Shown: piece by piece, positions 24,850 to 64,000 of the stretch
How the letters are laid out: each line of letters starts with the position of its first letter
Position numbering within the stretch: position 1 is the stretch's first letter
Assembly: GCF_001194135.2 (NCBI RefSeq)
Contig: NC_069003.1
Coordinates: 25,285,030-25,349,029, forward strand
Length of the DNA stretch: 64,000 bases
Direction of reading: 5' to 3'
Origin: Octopus bimaculoides
Taxonomy: Eukaryota
Translations under genes and position numbers: made by a program
The notes under the pieces: model-generated
Told to the model about the DNA's origin: nothing
Seen by the model: only the letters and a program-made list of their open reading frames with translations
The model's database searches: none

Positions 24850-25243
24850 TCCTTTACTTGTTTCTTTAATTACACTGTGGCCATATTGGAGCACTGCTTT
24901 GAAGAATTCTTAGTGAAGTGAAATGCCATCGGTACTTTTTTTCCCCTGTACTTGAAGCCTGACACTTATTCTATCAATTCCTTTTGCTGAACCACTAAGT
25001 TACAGGGACATACCCATAAACACACCAACACTGGTTGCCAAGCAGTAGTGGAGGACAGACACACACACACAGACATATATATGACAGACTTCTTTCAGTT
25101 TCTGTCTACCAAATCTATTCTCAAGGCTTTGGTCAGCCCAAGGCTCTAGTAGAAGGTACTTGCCCAAGGTGTCATGCAGTGGGACTGAACCCAGAACCAT
25201 GTGGTTGTGAAGCAAGGTTTTTACCTCACAACCACAGCTGCAC
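24850..25243 (-). mobile_element. SINE family A, diverged (CpG-decayed)
   Basis: Same body with CpG to TpG/CpA changes. Confidence 0.8.
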
Positions 25244-25995
25244 CGAAGTCTGCTTCATTGATGAGGTTACAATAATACTGGTACTTGTCTGGAGTTCTTA
25301 ATGAAAATAATCAAACAAATGTCAGTTATTGACTAATATTGAAATTTTTATTTCTTCACTTCAGTTATTTTCTTAACTTCTTAATCATTCTTGCGTTAAA
25401 TGTATTAACACTAACTTACCATTCAATTAAAACAAGACGTTGTTAACAGTAACATTTACCTGTTTCTTTCAATACACATAATTCCTCAATGAGTGGGTTT
25501 TTATTAACATGGAACCAACTAATAGAAATATATCGGTGCTACTTTGGCGTGTGATCTACAATTTAAAGGGGGATTACTTTAGGTTACTTTTTCAATTTCA
25601 AAGTTTTTTTATAAATTCCTTTATACATAGGTATTTTTCAAAAAATTTTACAATTTTAATAATAATAACCATATTTCATTGATATCTTAGTAAATGATAA
25701 GGCCCGAAATTTTGAGGGAGGAGGTAAGTCGATTACATTGACCCCAGTGTTTCACTGGTACTTAATTTATCGACCCCAAAAGGATGAAAGTCAAAGTCGA
25801 CCCCAGCAGCATTTGAACTCAGAACACGAAGACAAACGAAATACCACTAAGCATTTCGTCAGGCGTGCTAACGATTATGCCAGCTCACTGCCTTTCTTAT
25901 GTGTAACAAATATTGATACTGAAAAATGCCTGAAAGGCAAAACGGTGTAAGAAATTTGAAAAACATGGATTTCTGAAATATTTATTTATTTATTT

Positions 25996-26059
25996 GGTAC
26001 TACTAAAGCAGCGCGGACCCGAACGCGCAGTCGCGCGTCCGCGCTGCTTTAGTAGTACC
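25996..26059. mobile_element. 64-bp GC-rich hairpin / minimal MITE
   Basis: Perfect 23-bp inverted arms GGTACTACTAAAGCAGCGCGGAC / GTCCGCGCTGCTTTAGTAGTACC, 18-nt loop; flanks TATTTATTT / TATTTGTTT. Confidence 0.6.
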
Positions 26060-26744
26060 TATTTGTTTATTCCGTGATTTACAAGTGTTTCAGAATGTTC
26101 GATATAATAAAATGATGAGAAGTACCAAAAAAAATTCATTTTAATCATGACAGCTATTTCGATGTCATGATACACAAACAAGAAGCTTGAAAAACATGGA
26201 TTTTAAAAAAAATAAATTTAATACGAATTATGCGTTTTAGAATGTAGGATATAATAAACTGACGAAAAATACCGAAAAACAAATTTCTTTTTAAACGTGA
26301 CAGTTATTCTGAGCTGGTAATATCATAAGGAATTGCCATAATAAAGTATATCCTTCCAAGTGGTAGTGGTATCAGTTACATATGGCTGCTATTTCTAGCA
26401 CATCGATGCTCTCTTGTCTGGCCACACGTTTTCGCGGGTGAAATGATATAGTAAACCATACTAGAAGGTTCTATCTTTAAGGTTGTCATCTTACCAGCAT
26501 TCATTGCATTAGATAAATAACTAGAAATAAGAGTCACGTGGTTATTCTTTTCGTGTTGTGCTGGCAATAACCAGTTCGTGAAACAATTAAAATTATGATG
26601 GCCTGGCGGTTTAATCAGAATCAAGCAATACTTCCAGCTGCTGACTACGAGGAAACTAATAATGCTCCGTAAGTTACTTCCCCTTTACCATTGTAAACAT
26701 CACATACACATGCATACATTTTATTCACACACACACACATATAC

Positions 26745-27572
26745 TCTTTACTCTTTTACTTGTTTCAGTCCTTTGGCTGCAGCCGTGCTGGAGCACCGCC
26801 TTTAGTCGAGAAAATCGACCCCGGGACTTATTCTTTGTAAGCCTAGTACTTATTCTATCGGTCTCTTTTTGCCGAACCGCTAAGTTACGGGGACGTAAAC
26901 ACACCAGCATCAGTTGTCAAGCGATGGTGGGGCGACAATAACACATACATATATATATATGGTAATCATCAAGTTTAGGGGAATAAAAAAAAATTTAAAA
27001 AAATATTCAAGGGAAGTAACTGAACGTCTTACCAGTATTCTCCGTACATCTCTGTTTATAAATAAATCACACACNNNNNNNNNNNNNNNNNNNNNNNNNN
27101 NNNNNNNNNNNNNNNNNNNNNNNNNNNNNNNNNNNNNNNNNNNNNNNNNNNNNNNNNNNNNNNNNNNNNNNNNNNNNNNNNNNNNNNNNNNNNNNNNNNN
27201 NNNNNNNNNNNNNNTATATATAAATATATATATAGGATCTTTCTGATTTGACGGGCAACACTTGTTTTCTTAACGAAACACTTTCAAACTTGGGATACTG
27301 GTAGAATGTATCATATAAAACATCTTTTTCTCTTAGCTTTCTTAACAAAAATTTATATATTGCAAGTTATTTCATGTTAAAGTTGTATTTCTGTAATTTC
27401 AACCAATCACTGTCGTCTATATATATATATATATACACACACACATATACGACAGGCTTCTTTCAGTTTCTGTCTACCAAATCCACTCACAAGGCTTTGG
27501 TCGGCCCGAGGCTATAGTAGAAGACACTTGCCCAAGGTGCCACGCAGTGGGACTGAACCCGGAACCATGTGG
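26745..27572 (-). mobile_element. SINE family A split by an N-gap and a TIR element
   Basis: Tail half at 26745-26945 and head half at ~27440-27572 flank the gap and 27235-27419. Confidence 0.65.
27235..27419. mobile_element. GGATC-ended TIR element, left arm only, inside a (TA)n tract of a SINE
   Basis: GGATCTTTCTGATTTGACGGGCAACACTTG...CAACCAATCACTG matches the left arm of 28452-29524. Confidence 0.75.
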
Positions 27573-28451
27573 TGTCCACAAAGTCTGGGTACATAAGGAT
27601 TAATATATACTTTAAGATCGCCGAAATAGTAATTGCGATCTTTCGATACTAATCCTTTTTCTGTCATCTCTTTATTTACATCAATTCGGCAGTCTCCGTA
27701 AAAAAATGTTTTGTTAGGCAAGTGGGAAAGGACGCGAAAGAGATAGATCGCCCCCTGGATATATATAAACATGAATTTTAATATATATATTACACACAAG
27801 ACGGAGAGCTGACAGGATCATTACCACGCTCAGCAGGATTTCGTTCCTCTTTATGTTGAGTTCAAATTTCGCCGAGATCGAGTTTACTTTTCATCTTTTC
27901 GGGATCGATAAAAGAAGTACCAGTTGAGTATAGGGGACAATGTAATCAACTTAATCCCTCCCCGGAATTTCTAGCATTGTGCCAAAATTTTAAACCAACG
28001 TGTGGGGGGTGGATAAGGTTCCTAGTTTTAAGGGTGTCGCGTAAAGCTTGGTTGGAGGCCCAACGTTCCAAGATCTTTTACAAGGCTTAGAAAAACTGAA
28101 GGGTCGCTGCAATAAGTGTGTGAATCTGAGAGCAGAATATGTTTAATAAAATCATAATGAACTGATCCTCCTGTATTCTTTTTTACCCAAAGCCAAGAAT
28201 TTTTCAGCCCCCACCCCCTTACAGACCTCGTATATATTATACACACAGGAGCCAACGAGAGGTAGAGCTACATCGAGCAGGAGTTATTAAACTTTCTTAC
28301 AATTCTTGACCTACAAGAGGTTGCTTAATATCTTCCATAGCCCCATTGTTCCTTTTGAATGACTTCGGAAGATGCCAATAGGCTTGATTTCTTCTTGGAA
28401 AAGAACGAGAAGGAAAATCATGAAAGATTTTATTATATTAATATAAAGAAA

Positions 28452-29524
28452 GGATCTTTGTGATTTGACGGGCAACACTTGTTTTCTTAACGAAACACTT
28501 TCAAACTTGGGACACTGGTAGAATGTGTCATACAAAACAACTTTTTCTCTTAGCCTTCTTAACAAAAAATTATACATCGCAAGTTATTTCATGTTAAAGT
28601 TGTCGTATTTCTGTAATTTCAACCAATCACTGACGTCTATTCAGCTGAATACAGTCAGTGCTTGCCGGTCATAAAAATGTTATTCCCTGTGACATTTCAT
28701 CCGGTTTAATCGTAATTTATACGCATATATTGTTTATATAATAAATTACGCTGTGCGTATCTGTGTGTATATTTTTCCCATAACNNNNNNNNNNNNNNNN
28801 NNNNNNNNNNNNNNNNNNNNNNNNNNNNNNNNNNNNNNNNNNNNNNNNNNNNNNNNNNNNNNNNNNNNNNNNNNNNNNNNNNNNNNNNNNNNNNNNNNNN
28901 NNNNNNNNNNNNNNNNNNNNNNNNNNNNNNNNNNNNNNNNNNNNNNNNNNNNNNNNNNNNNNNNNNNNNNNNNNNNNNNNNNNNNNNNNNNNNNNNNNNN
29001 NNNNNNNNNNNNNNNNNNNNNNNNNNNNNNNNNNNNNNNNNNNNNNNNNNNNNNNNNNNNNNNNNNNNNNNNNNNNNNNNNNNNNNNNNNNNNNNNNNNN
29101 NNNNNNNNNNNNNNNNNNNNNNNNNNNNNNNNNNNNNNNNNNNNNNNNNNNNNNNNNNNNNNNNNNNNNNNNNNNNNNNNNNNNNNNNGTCAGAACTAAC
29201 GGGGATTAATACCATATACACCGTCACAGCACTGACTGTATTCAACTGAATAGACGTCAGTGATTAGTTGAAATTATCGAAATAAGACAACTTTTAACGT
29301 GAAATAACTTCGAATACAAAATTTATTATCTGTTCTATACCACAAAATATACAAGTATACGAAGTTTGAAAGTGTTTCGGTACCAAAAACACTACATAAA
29401 AAAATGTTGACCGTCAAATCACAAAGGTCCAAAATATGTTTTATATGACACATTCTACCAGTATCCCAAGTTTGAAAATGTTTCGTTAAGAAAACAAGTG
29501 TTGCCCGTCAATTCAGAAAGATCC
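28452..29524. mobile_element. GGATC-ended TIR element (subfamily 1), middle lies in an N-gap
   Basis: ~60-bp TIR: GGATCTTTGTGATTTGACGGGCAACACTTGTTTTCTTAACGAAAC vs GTTTCGTTAAGAAAACAAGTGTTGCCCGTCAATTCAGAAAGATCC. Confidence 0.8.
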
Positions 29525-30057
29525 CCATCGTCTTTTCCTTGAAGAACATCGGTGGATGGAGAGGCTGGTGTGTATGGGCGACTGCTGGTCTTCCATAAAC
29601 AATCTTGCCCGGACTTGTGCCGCGGAGGGGAACTTTCTTGGTGCAATCTCATGGTCATTCATGACTGAATGGAGTCTTACATAACTATATTTCATTCAAA
29701 GCTGCTTTGTATGCCTCGTTTATTCCATCATGACGAAGCTTTACGCATATCTGCACGTCAATTGAGAAAGATCCGACAATGGCCGATACAGCTTGGCACC
29801 AATGACGTTGCAACTCAAATTCTACAGCTGAGTGAACTGGAGTAACATGAAATAAAGTGTCTTACTTAAGAACACAACACACAGCCGAGTCTGTGAATCG
29901 AACTCACTACCTCATAATTGTGAGCCCGACGCTCTAACCACTGAGCCATGTATAGTTACGTTTAACATGCTCATAAGGCTGGTTTCCCAGATTCTTTGCC
30001 GAACATATTACCAACCGCTTGAACGAGACGCCGGCCCGTCGCAAGATTACTCATTTT

Positions 30058-30670
30058 GGATCTAGTTTAAAACGGGGGCACCAGTATATTCTTAACGAAA
30101 CACTAACGAAACACTTTGAAACTTGGGACACTGGTAGAATGTGTCATATAAAACATCTTTTACTCTTAGTCTTCTTAACACAAAAAAAAAGGAATTCGCA
30201 AGTTATTCCATGTTAAAGTTGTCGTATTTCTGTAATTTCAACCAATCACTGACGTCTATTCAGCTGAATAGAGTTACTGCTGGGCGGTCATAAAAATGTT
30301 ATTCCCTGTGACATATTTCATCCGGTTTAATCGTAATTTATACGCATATATTGTTTATATAATAAATTACGCTGTGCGTATCTATGTGTGTAACAATTTT
30401 AGAGTTCGGATTCTAGAGTTAGGGTTACGGTTAGGGTTAGGGGATTAATAGGATACACACCGTTACAGCGCTAACTGTTTTCAACTGAATAGACGTCAGT
30501 GATTAGTAGAAATAAGACAATTTTTTACATGAAATAAATTCGAATACAAACATTTTTTTCTGTTCTATAACACAAAATAGATAAGTATACGAAGTTTGAA
30601 AGTCTTTCGGTACAAAAAACACTACATAAAACATAAATGAAAACTGGTGCCCCCGTTTTAAAATAGATCC
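30058..30670. mobile_element. GGATC-ended TIR element (subfamily 2) with internal TTAGGG-like repeats
   Basis: TIR GGATCTAGTTTAAAACGGGGGCACCAG / CTGGTGCCCCCGTTTTAAAATAGATCC; GTTAGGGTTACGGTTAGGGTTAGGG at 30418-30446. Confidence 0.85.
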
Positions 30671-31639
30671 AACGATTCTCCCAGCTCGTCGCCATCCCTT
30701 CAGACTAATATTAACAGACTCAGAAAAAGTATTGCACAATCAAATTATCATTAAGTGCAAAGTGAATAATAAATTCAGGAAACACCAGCTGCAACTTTAT
30801 GATAGACTGTTCAAAGTCAATAGAAACTGCCGACAAGAAACTTAACGAGCAAACTAATCTCCTCCAAATACGAATTGCGAGCTGCTTGTCAAGATTTTCG
30901 TTACCGGGGGAAAAAACTTGAATTCAAAACCGTCAATTGCAAGTGTGCACTAAAAGCGGATGTATCGCGCAGTATTGTAACACTTGAGTTTATAGGTCGT
31001 TGTTTGTTAGTATTAGTTAGCAGCATGTTGTCCCATAATAAACCAAATACGAACTTTGTTGAAATACATTTTGTTGTTGTTAGAGTAATTTACATTTACA
31101 CACAGTTTTCTAGGTGTTATCAGTAGTGTATTGCAGAAAGCTAGAAGCGAATACAGCTGTAATTAAATTACGGATAAAAATGATAACTGTCCCGTGGGAG
31201 GAGAAAATAGTGTTTGCTCGTCCTAGAGGAAGAATTTCTTTTTACCCTGGGCTGAATTTCAGTGAAGGAAAACTTGACGTTGCAAAGGCTGAAGGGCCAC
31301 TTTCTGGTTGATCCTGGTGAGCTTTCGCTTTATAAATACAAACACTCGGGAACTTGTAGAACCTTGTAGAATATTCTACTATATGTCGTGATATATTTCT
31401 ACAAACCTATTAATTAATAACCAGGATACATCACCTGACTTGAGTGTGGTCTTATATTGGCAACTGAAACTGCTAGGCTTCGATTTTAGGTCTCGATACA
31501 GTATTAAAGGCCATACCATGAAGGTTATAAAAGCCCTACTCCAGGATGACCTAGAGTAATTTTGAAGCCATGAAATCACGTGGTTAAATGAGTACTGCAC
31601 GCACATCTCCAAAAATTTATACCAACCGTGAAACTCTCC

Positions 31640-33420
31640 TAACGATTGTTGCAAAACTACCGACAGAAGATCACATAGAAGAGACCAAGTAAATGTTTAT
31701 TGGTACAGAAAGCTCACATTCTAAAGAGAACCTTTCGCCAACCCGTTCAAAAGAACAATGAACGCTGGAATTGACGTGCCAGACTGGCTAACAGTTTCAC
31801 GTACAACACTAGTAGCTGAAATCTGGGAGATACATGAGGACGAAAACTAGACCATGGCATGTTTGAATGTGATGTATAAATCATACACAAGTTACTTGAA
31901 GCTTTCTTCTATGTTCACTGTGAAACACAATGTGTTGACTGAAAAGCATGTAGGAAGAAATAAAGGAGCCTGAGCCCGTGTCGAACAGCTCCTCGTCAAC
32001 AAAGCTGTGCTTAAAGAAGCGAAACAGCACCGTCGAAACCTGCTGATTATATGGTTAGACTGTAAGAAGGCGTTTGACTCTGTTCCTCACTCACAAGTAA
32101 CAGAACCACTACGTCTTGCCAAGGTTCCAGTTGCTCTAGTCTGTACCATTAAGAGACTGACAACATCATGATCTGCTGAGCTATCGATAAGAATTGAACC
32201 TACCACTAAAATCACTAACAGAATTTATACATCAACAGGAATATTTCAGGGCGACATCTTATCAGTAATGCTTTTGGTTCTGGCAGTAAACCTTTTGTCA
32301 GCTCTGTTAAGGAAATCCAAAGGCTCTGCAAATAAAAGGAAGATGAGTTTCATCCAAATCTTATTTGTTGATGACCTTGAGTTGTACTCGAGTAATTTTC
32401 ATAACAAAATGTAGTTAGATTTTGTCACAACATTCTCACAGGGCTTAAGAACGGAAGGGATCTTTTTTAAAACGGGGGCCACATTTTTCATTAACGAAAA
32501 ACTTTGAAACTTGGAACACTGGTAGAATGTGTCATATAAAACATCTTTTTCTCTTAGTCTTCTTTAAAAAAAAAGAAATCCATAAGTTATTCCATGTTAA
32601 AGTTGTCGTATTTCTGTAATTTCAACCAATCACTGACGTCCATTCAGCCGATATACATTAAGTGTCGACTACATAAACAAACGATTCTGAAACAATTAAC
32701 CCTAACCCTAACCCTAACCCTAACCCTTGGGTTAGGGTTAGGGTTAAAGCAAATTTAAAATGAAAAAAGCAAATAAAACGAAGGTATGGAGATTAAATAC
32801 GCTTTACATCGCTTAATCAGCCAAAGGAGTAAATATAAACAACTGAATACTTGTCAGTGATTGGTTGAAATTATCGAAATAAGACAATTTTTTACATGAA
32901 ATAAATTCGAATACAAAAATATTTTTCTGTTCTATAACACAAAATAGATAAGTATACGAAGTTTGAAAGTCTTTCCGTACCAAAAACACTACGTAAAACA
33001 TTAATGAAAAATGTGGCCCCCGTTTTAAAATAGATCCGAATGAAGCTTGATCGGAACAAGTGTTTATATTTGATTGCCAAATGAGAAAACATGTCGACCA
33101 AGCAAGTAATATGGACATCAATGGTTTCTCTAACTCCCCTATCACTAGTGAAAAATGTTACAAATAACTTGAAATTGATGAGAATATTGTATGTGTTAAT
33201 GTCGTGAGCAAAGCTAGAGTAATAAAAGAATTTCGGAAAATATGAAAGTCAGAACTGGCATCATTCAATAAAACTATATCCAAAAATGCTTTCGCAATAT
33301 CAATGCTAGAATAAACATTTAGGGTATTAAACTGGACACTTAAATCCGCAACATGGATAATCTTTGGTAAATTCTACAGTAACAGCAACACTGGCAGGAT
33401 CTATGTAAAACAGTGGGCTG
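31640..33420 (+). mobile_element. R4/Dong-like non-LTR retrotransposon RT fossil, interrupted by a TIR element at 32458-33037
   Basis: VPDWLT; EQLLVNKAVLKEAKQHRRNLLIIWLDCKKAFDSVPHS; GIFQGDILS; LFVDDLELY; after the insertion MKLDRNKC and SELASFNKTISKNAFAI...VLNW. Multiple stops. Confidence 0.8.
32458..33037. mobile_element. GGATC-ended TIR element (subfamily 2) with a central telomeric palindrome
   Basis: ~37-bp TIR GGATCTTTTTTAAAACGGGGGCCACATTTTTCATTAA / TTAATGAAAAATGTGGCCCCCGTTTTAAAATAGATCC; (CCCTAA)4 CCCT T (GGGTTA)3 at 32700-32746. Confidence 0.88.
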
Positions 33421-34312
33421 ACAGTTGATACAGTCGAGAGATCTAGCTAGTTCCGAGACACGTGCACATCATGCCCAAGTCATACGGTCTTGTCTTGATT
33501 TTTAACCAAATAGCTTGCAGTGATATCATGAACACTATCTCAAATGTCCTTAAAGTCCACGCACTTTTCTCAATATTAAAACAGTTTCGCATCAAGAATA
33601 ACGGCAGAAGTCCGAGGCTTCCACCAGAGACACGCATTTTCACTCCTCGCCACAAAGAAGCAGAACATAGCCTAGTATGGCAGAAGCAACGCTAAGTTTT
33701 TCCTGCTGAATTCCAGCCAGAAGCAGGGCCGGCACCAGGAAGTGCGGGGACCAATTAGAAAATTGTCAGTGGGGCCCTCTACTCTACAAGAGCTGAAGAT
33801 TGGTGTTTTGTGCTTCGTGTAGTACGCTAGTCCCAGCTAAGAATTGTTGAGGGCTTGGGGCTCCACCATACACTACAATGATATGCTAAAAATTGAAAAC
33901 TTATATGAAAATTTGATGTTTTATTACAAGTCAAGATAATTACTGACATACTGCTTGTGAGTAGGCCTTCTAAAAACAGGCTTTCCTGGCTTTTCTTTTT
34001 ATATTTGAGAAGTCTTTCAAAATCATTTCAAAGTCGATAGTTCTTATAGTCATTTTCTATAAATAGCATGCATGCATGTATTCATACATACATACATACA
34101 TAGATACATACATACTCAAAGGTGTAGCGCAAGTTACGCTGACCGCATCCACTTTAGATGTTTGCTGTAGTCGAAGGCATGTTACGTTTGAGGATAAGGA
34201 CAACTAAAAAGAGAAACCAAAAACCCACGATACGTTATTGCGATCATGAGTGCGCGCGCTTAATTTTTTCTGCTTGTGTGTGTGTGTGTGACTGTCTGTA
34301 GCGTATGTGCGT

Positions 34313-34355
<43 letters not shown>

Positions 34356-34486
34356 NNNNNNNNNNNNNNNNNNNNNNNNNNNNNNNNNNNNNNNNNNNNN
34401 NNNNNNNNNNNNNNNNNNNNNNNNNNNNNNNNNNNNNNNNNNNNNNNNNNNNNNNNNNNNNNNNNNNNNNNNNNNNNNNNNNNNNN

Positions 34487-34840
34487 TTTCAGTCTTTTGA
34501 CTGTGGCCATGCTGGAGCACCGCCTTTTTTTAGTCGAGCAAATCGACCCCAGGACTTATTCTTTAGAAGCCTAGTACTTATTCTATCGATCTCTTTTGCC
34601 GAACCGCTAAGTTACGGGGACATAAACACATCAGCATCGGTTGTCAAGCGATGTTGGAGGGACAAACACACACATACAAACATACACACATACATATATA
34701 TATATATACATATATACGACGGGCTTCTTTCAGTTTCCGTCTACCAAATCCACTCACAAGGCTTTGGTCGGCCCGAGGCTATAGTAGAAGACACTTGCCC
34801 AAGATGCCGCGCAGTGGGACTGAACCCGGGACCATGTGGT
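34487..34840 (-). mobile_element. SINE family A
   Basis: Body starts right after the N-gap; head truncated. Confidence 0.85.
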
Positions 34841-34904
34841 GTATGTATGTATTTATGTTTGTTTGTGTATGAGAGAGATAGAGGGTGAGGCATAATCAGT
34901 AACC

Positions 34905-35794
34905 GGGGCAAAATGAGTAACTTCTGATTTCTCGTTATTTTCTCCTTATCTGTTTGAAATCATTACATTGCAAGTATTGCATCGTTATTTTATACTGTTG
35001 AATCATGTTCAGGAGTAAAAATTGATCGCTATTGTTGTTGTTGAAATTGAGAGAATCCGAAACAAAGTCAGGTGGCAGGTTCTCTTTTTTTTTTTTCCAA
35101 GAAATTTTTCATCAACTTTTGACCAGATTTTAATTGAGGTTGGATAATTTTTGGTGTTTAACCATCGATATTCTTTTTCCGTTGGACTCTAAGTTAATTT
35201 TTCCCACACTAATGTCTAATTTGATAATTTTCAAGTTTCAAAACATGATGTCTAAAATGGGGTAAAGTGAGTAATGACTAATTTAGAAAATTTCGTCTTT
35301 TTCACTGCATGGTACATAAATATATCAAGAAAAGTACTCACCAGCAGATTGTGAAGAAGCTATAGAGAATATTCTATGTTGAGTTTTTTTTTTTTTTCTT
35401 TTCATCTAGTCGAGTTTCGTTAATTTCATATCACATGCCATTTTCCCCTGATCCTCTCTCATTTGACCTAGATATTTTAATTTTCTATTTTCCATTTCTG
35501 ATCTTTCTGCTGCCTAGGGGTGGATGTTAATGTGTATGAGTCTGTTTCCTGGAGAACTGAAGCGGCAAATTTACTTTTATCTTGGCCTACTCGTTTTTGG
35601 CCCAGCCAAATTTGTCTTTTATATGCTCAAAGAGAACGGCGATAATTTTCTGAAATAATGATCAGATTATATTATAATGCTTTTAATGCATTTAGGGAAG
35701 GTCATTTGCTTAGTTGAACAGTTTGTTAAATATATATATGTATATATATATATANNNNNNNNNNAATTGCAGTAAAAATACCTCATTTTGCCCC
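34905..35794. mobile_element. Putative non-autonomous DNA transposon upstream of VPS11
   Basis: 13-bp inverted ends GGGGCAAAATGAG / CTCATTTTGCCCC; a similar internal motif at ~35260. Confidence 0.45.
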
Positions 35795-35864
35795 ACAAAT
35801 ATTCAACTTATCGACGAGAGAGGTCAGCGAAAATTAATGTTGTATTATATTATACACACACAGA

Positions 35865-35900
<36 letters not shown>

Positions 35901-36251
35901 AGTCTATTATAAATATTTATATTCTACACTGTGCAGTGAGTAAACGTTTCTAAACTTGTGTGTGTGTGTATTACATATGAAATCACGTCTTAAATGCTAT
36001 AATTAATATACTTAATTTTTTCTAAAAAGAAAATAATACATTTATTAGAAATTTTTATTCTCCGTTATGAATAATTTCAAAATTATGTTTGAAATTTAAT
36101 TAATTTTCTTGAAAGAAAAACCGAAGACAAAAAGGTAAGTAACGGAATAAAAATTTTAAGGGTTTAAAAAATGAGGAGGAATGGTATGAGAAACAGAATG
36201 AAAGATTAATCGAATAACAGAATACTAAAAATACGAAGGTAGCGTTACAAG

Positions 36252-63855
<27,604 letters not shown>

Positions 63856-63894
63856 GTAAAGTCATTAGAAAGAAGCAGTAACAGAGCTCAACCT

Positions 63895-64000
63895 CTTTTA
63901 CTCTTTTACTTGTTTCAGTCATTTGACTGCGGCCATGCTGGAGCACCACCTTAGTCGAGCAAATCGACCCCAGGACTTATTCTTTGTAAGCCTAGTACTT
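63895..64000 (-). mobile_element. SINE family A tail, 40 bp after VPS11 exon 13, runs off the window
   Basis: CTCTTTTACTCTTTTACTTGTTTCAGTCATTTGACTGCGG. Confidence 0.85.

Noticed and set aside
32697-32746. Telomeric repeats as a chromosome end or fusion scar
   Set aside because: Only a few units, enclosed by TIRs, and in the opposite order to a fusion site.
35335-35345. Minus-strand GTGAGT donor suggesting a gene divergent from VPS11
   Set aside because: It lies inside a putative TIR element and the upstream frame is closed; no further exons found.

Overview
AT-rich, repeat-dense eukaryotic genomic window with nine N-gaps; the SINE repertoire and microsatellite load look like Octopus (inference). 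Two spliced plus-strand genes are supportable. (1) A two-exon gene (7061-7191 + 20318-21377, 396 aa if spliced directly) encodes a type II membrane protein with a Golgi sulfotransferase-like (Sulfotransfer_2 / HS2ST / Gal3ST-type) fold whose PAPS-binding and catalytic motif positions are substituted, so it is a candidate pseudo-enzyme. Its signal-anchor exon is absent from the supplied ORF track. (2) The 5' half of VPS11 (13 coding exons, 455 codons, 36252-63855) continues past the window. The rest is transposon-derived: at least four SINE-like families, RTE and R4/Dong LINE fossils, a Gypsy integrase remnant, piggyBac-, mariner- and hAT-type MITEs, fold-back elements, and a cluster of four TIR elements with internal telomeric repeats. 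The best leads are the pseudo-sulfotransferase, a Penelope-type minimal hammerhead ribozyme motif in VPS11 intron 1, the telomere-repeat MITE cluster and a CpG-rich promoter-like island inside the sulfotransferase intron. No CRISPR, rRNA or true tRNA genes were seen. Protein family comparisons come from recalled motifs, not database searches; repeat boundaries without TSDs are approximate.
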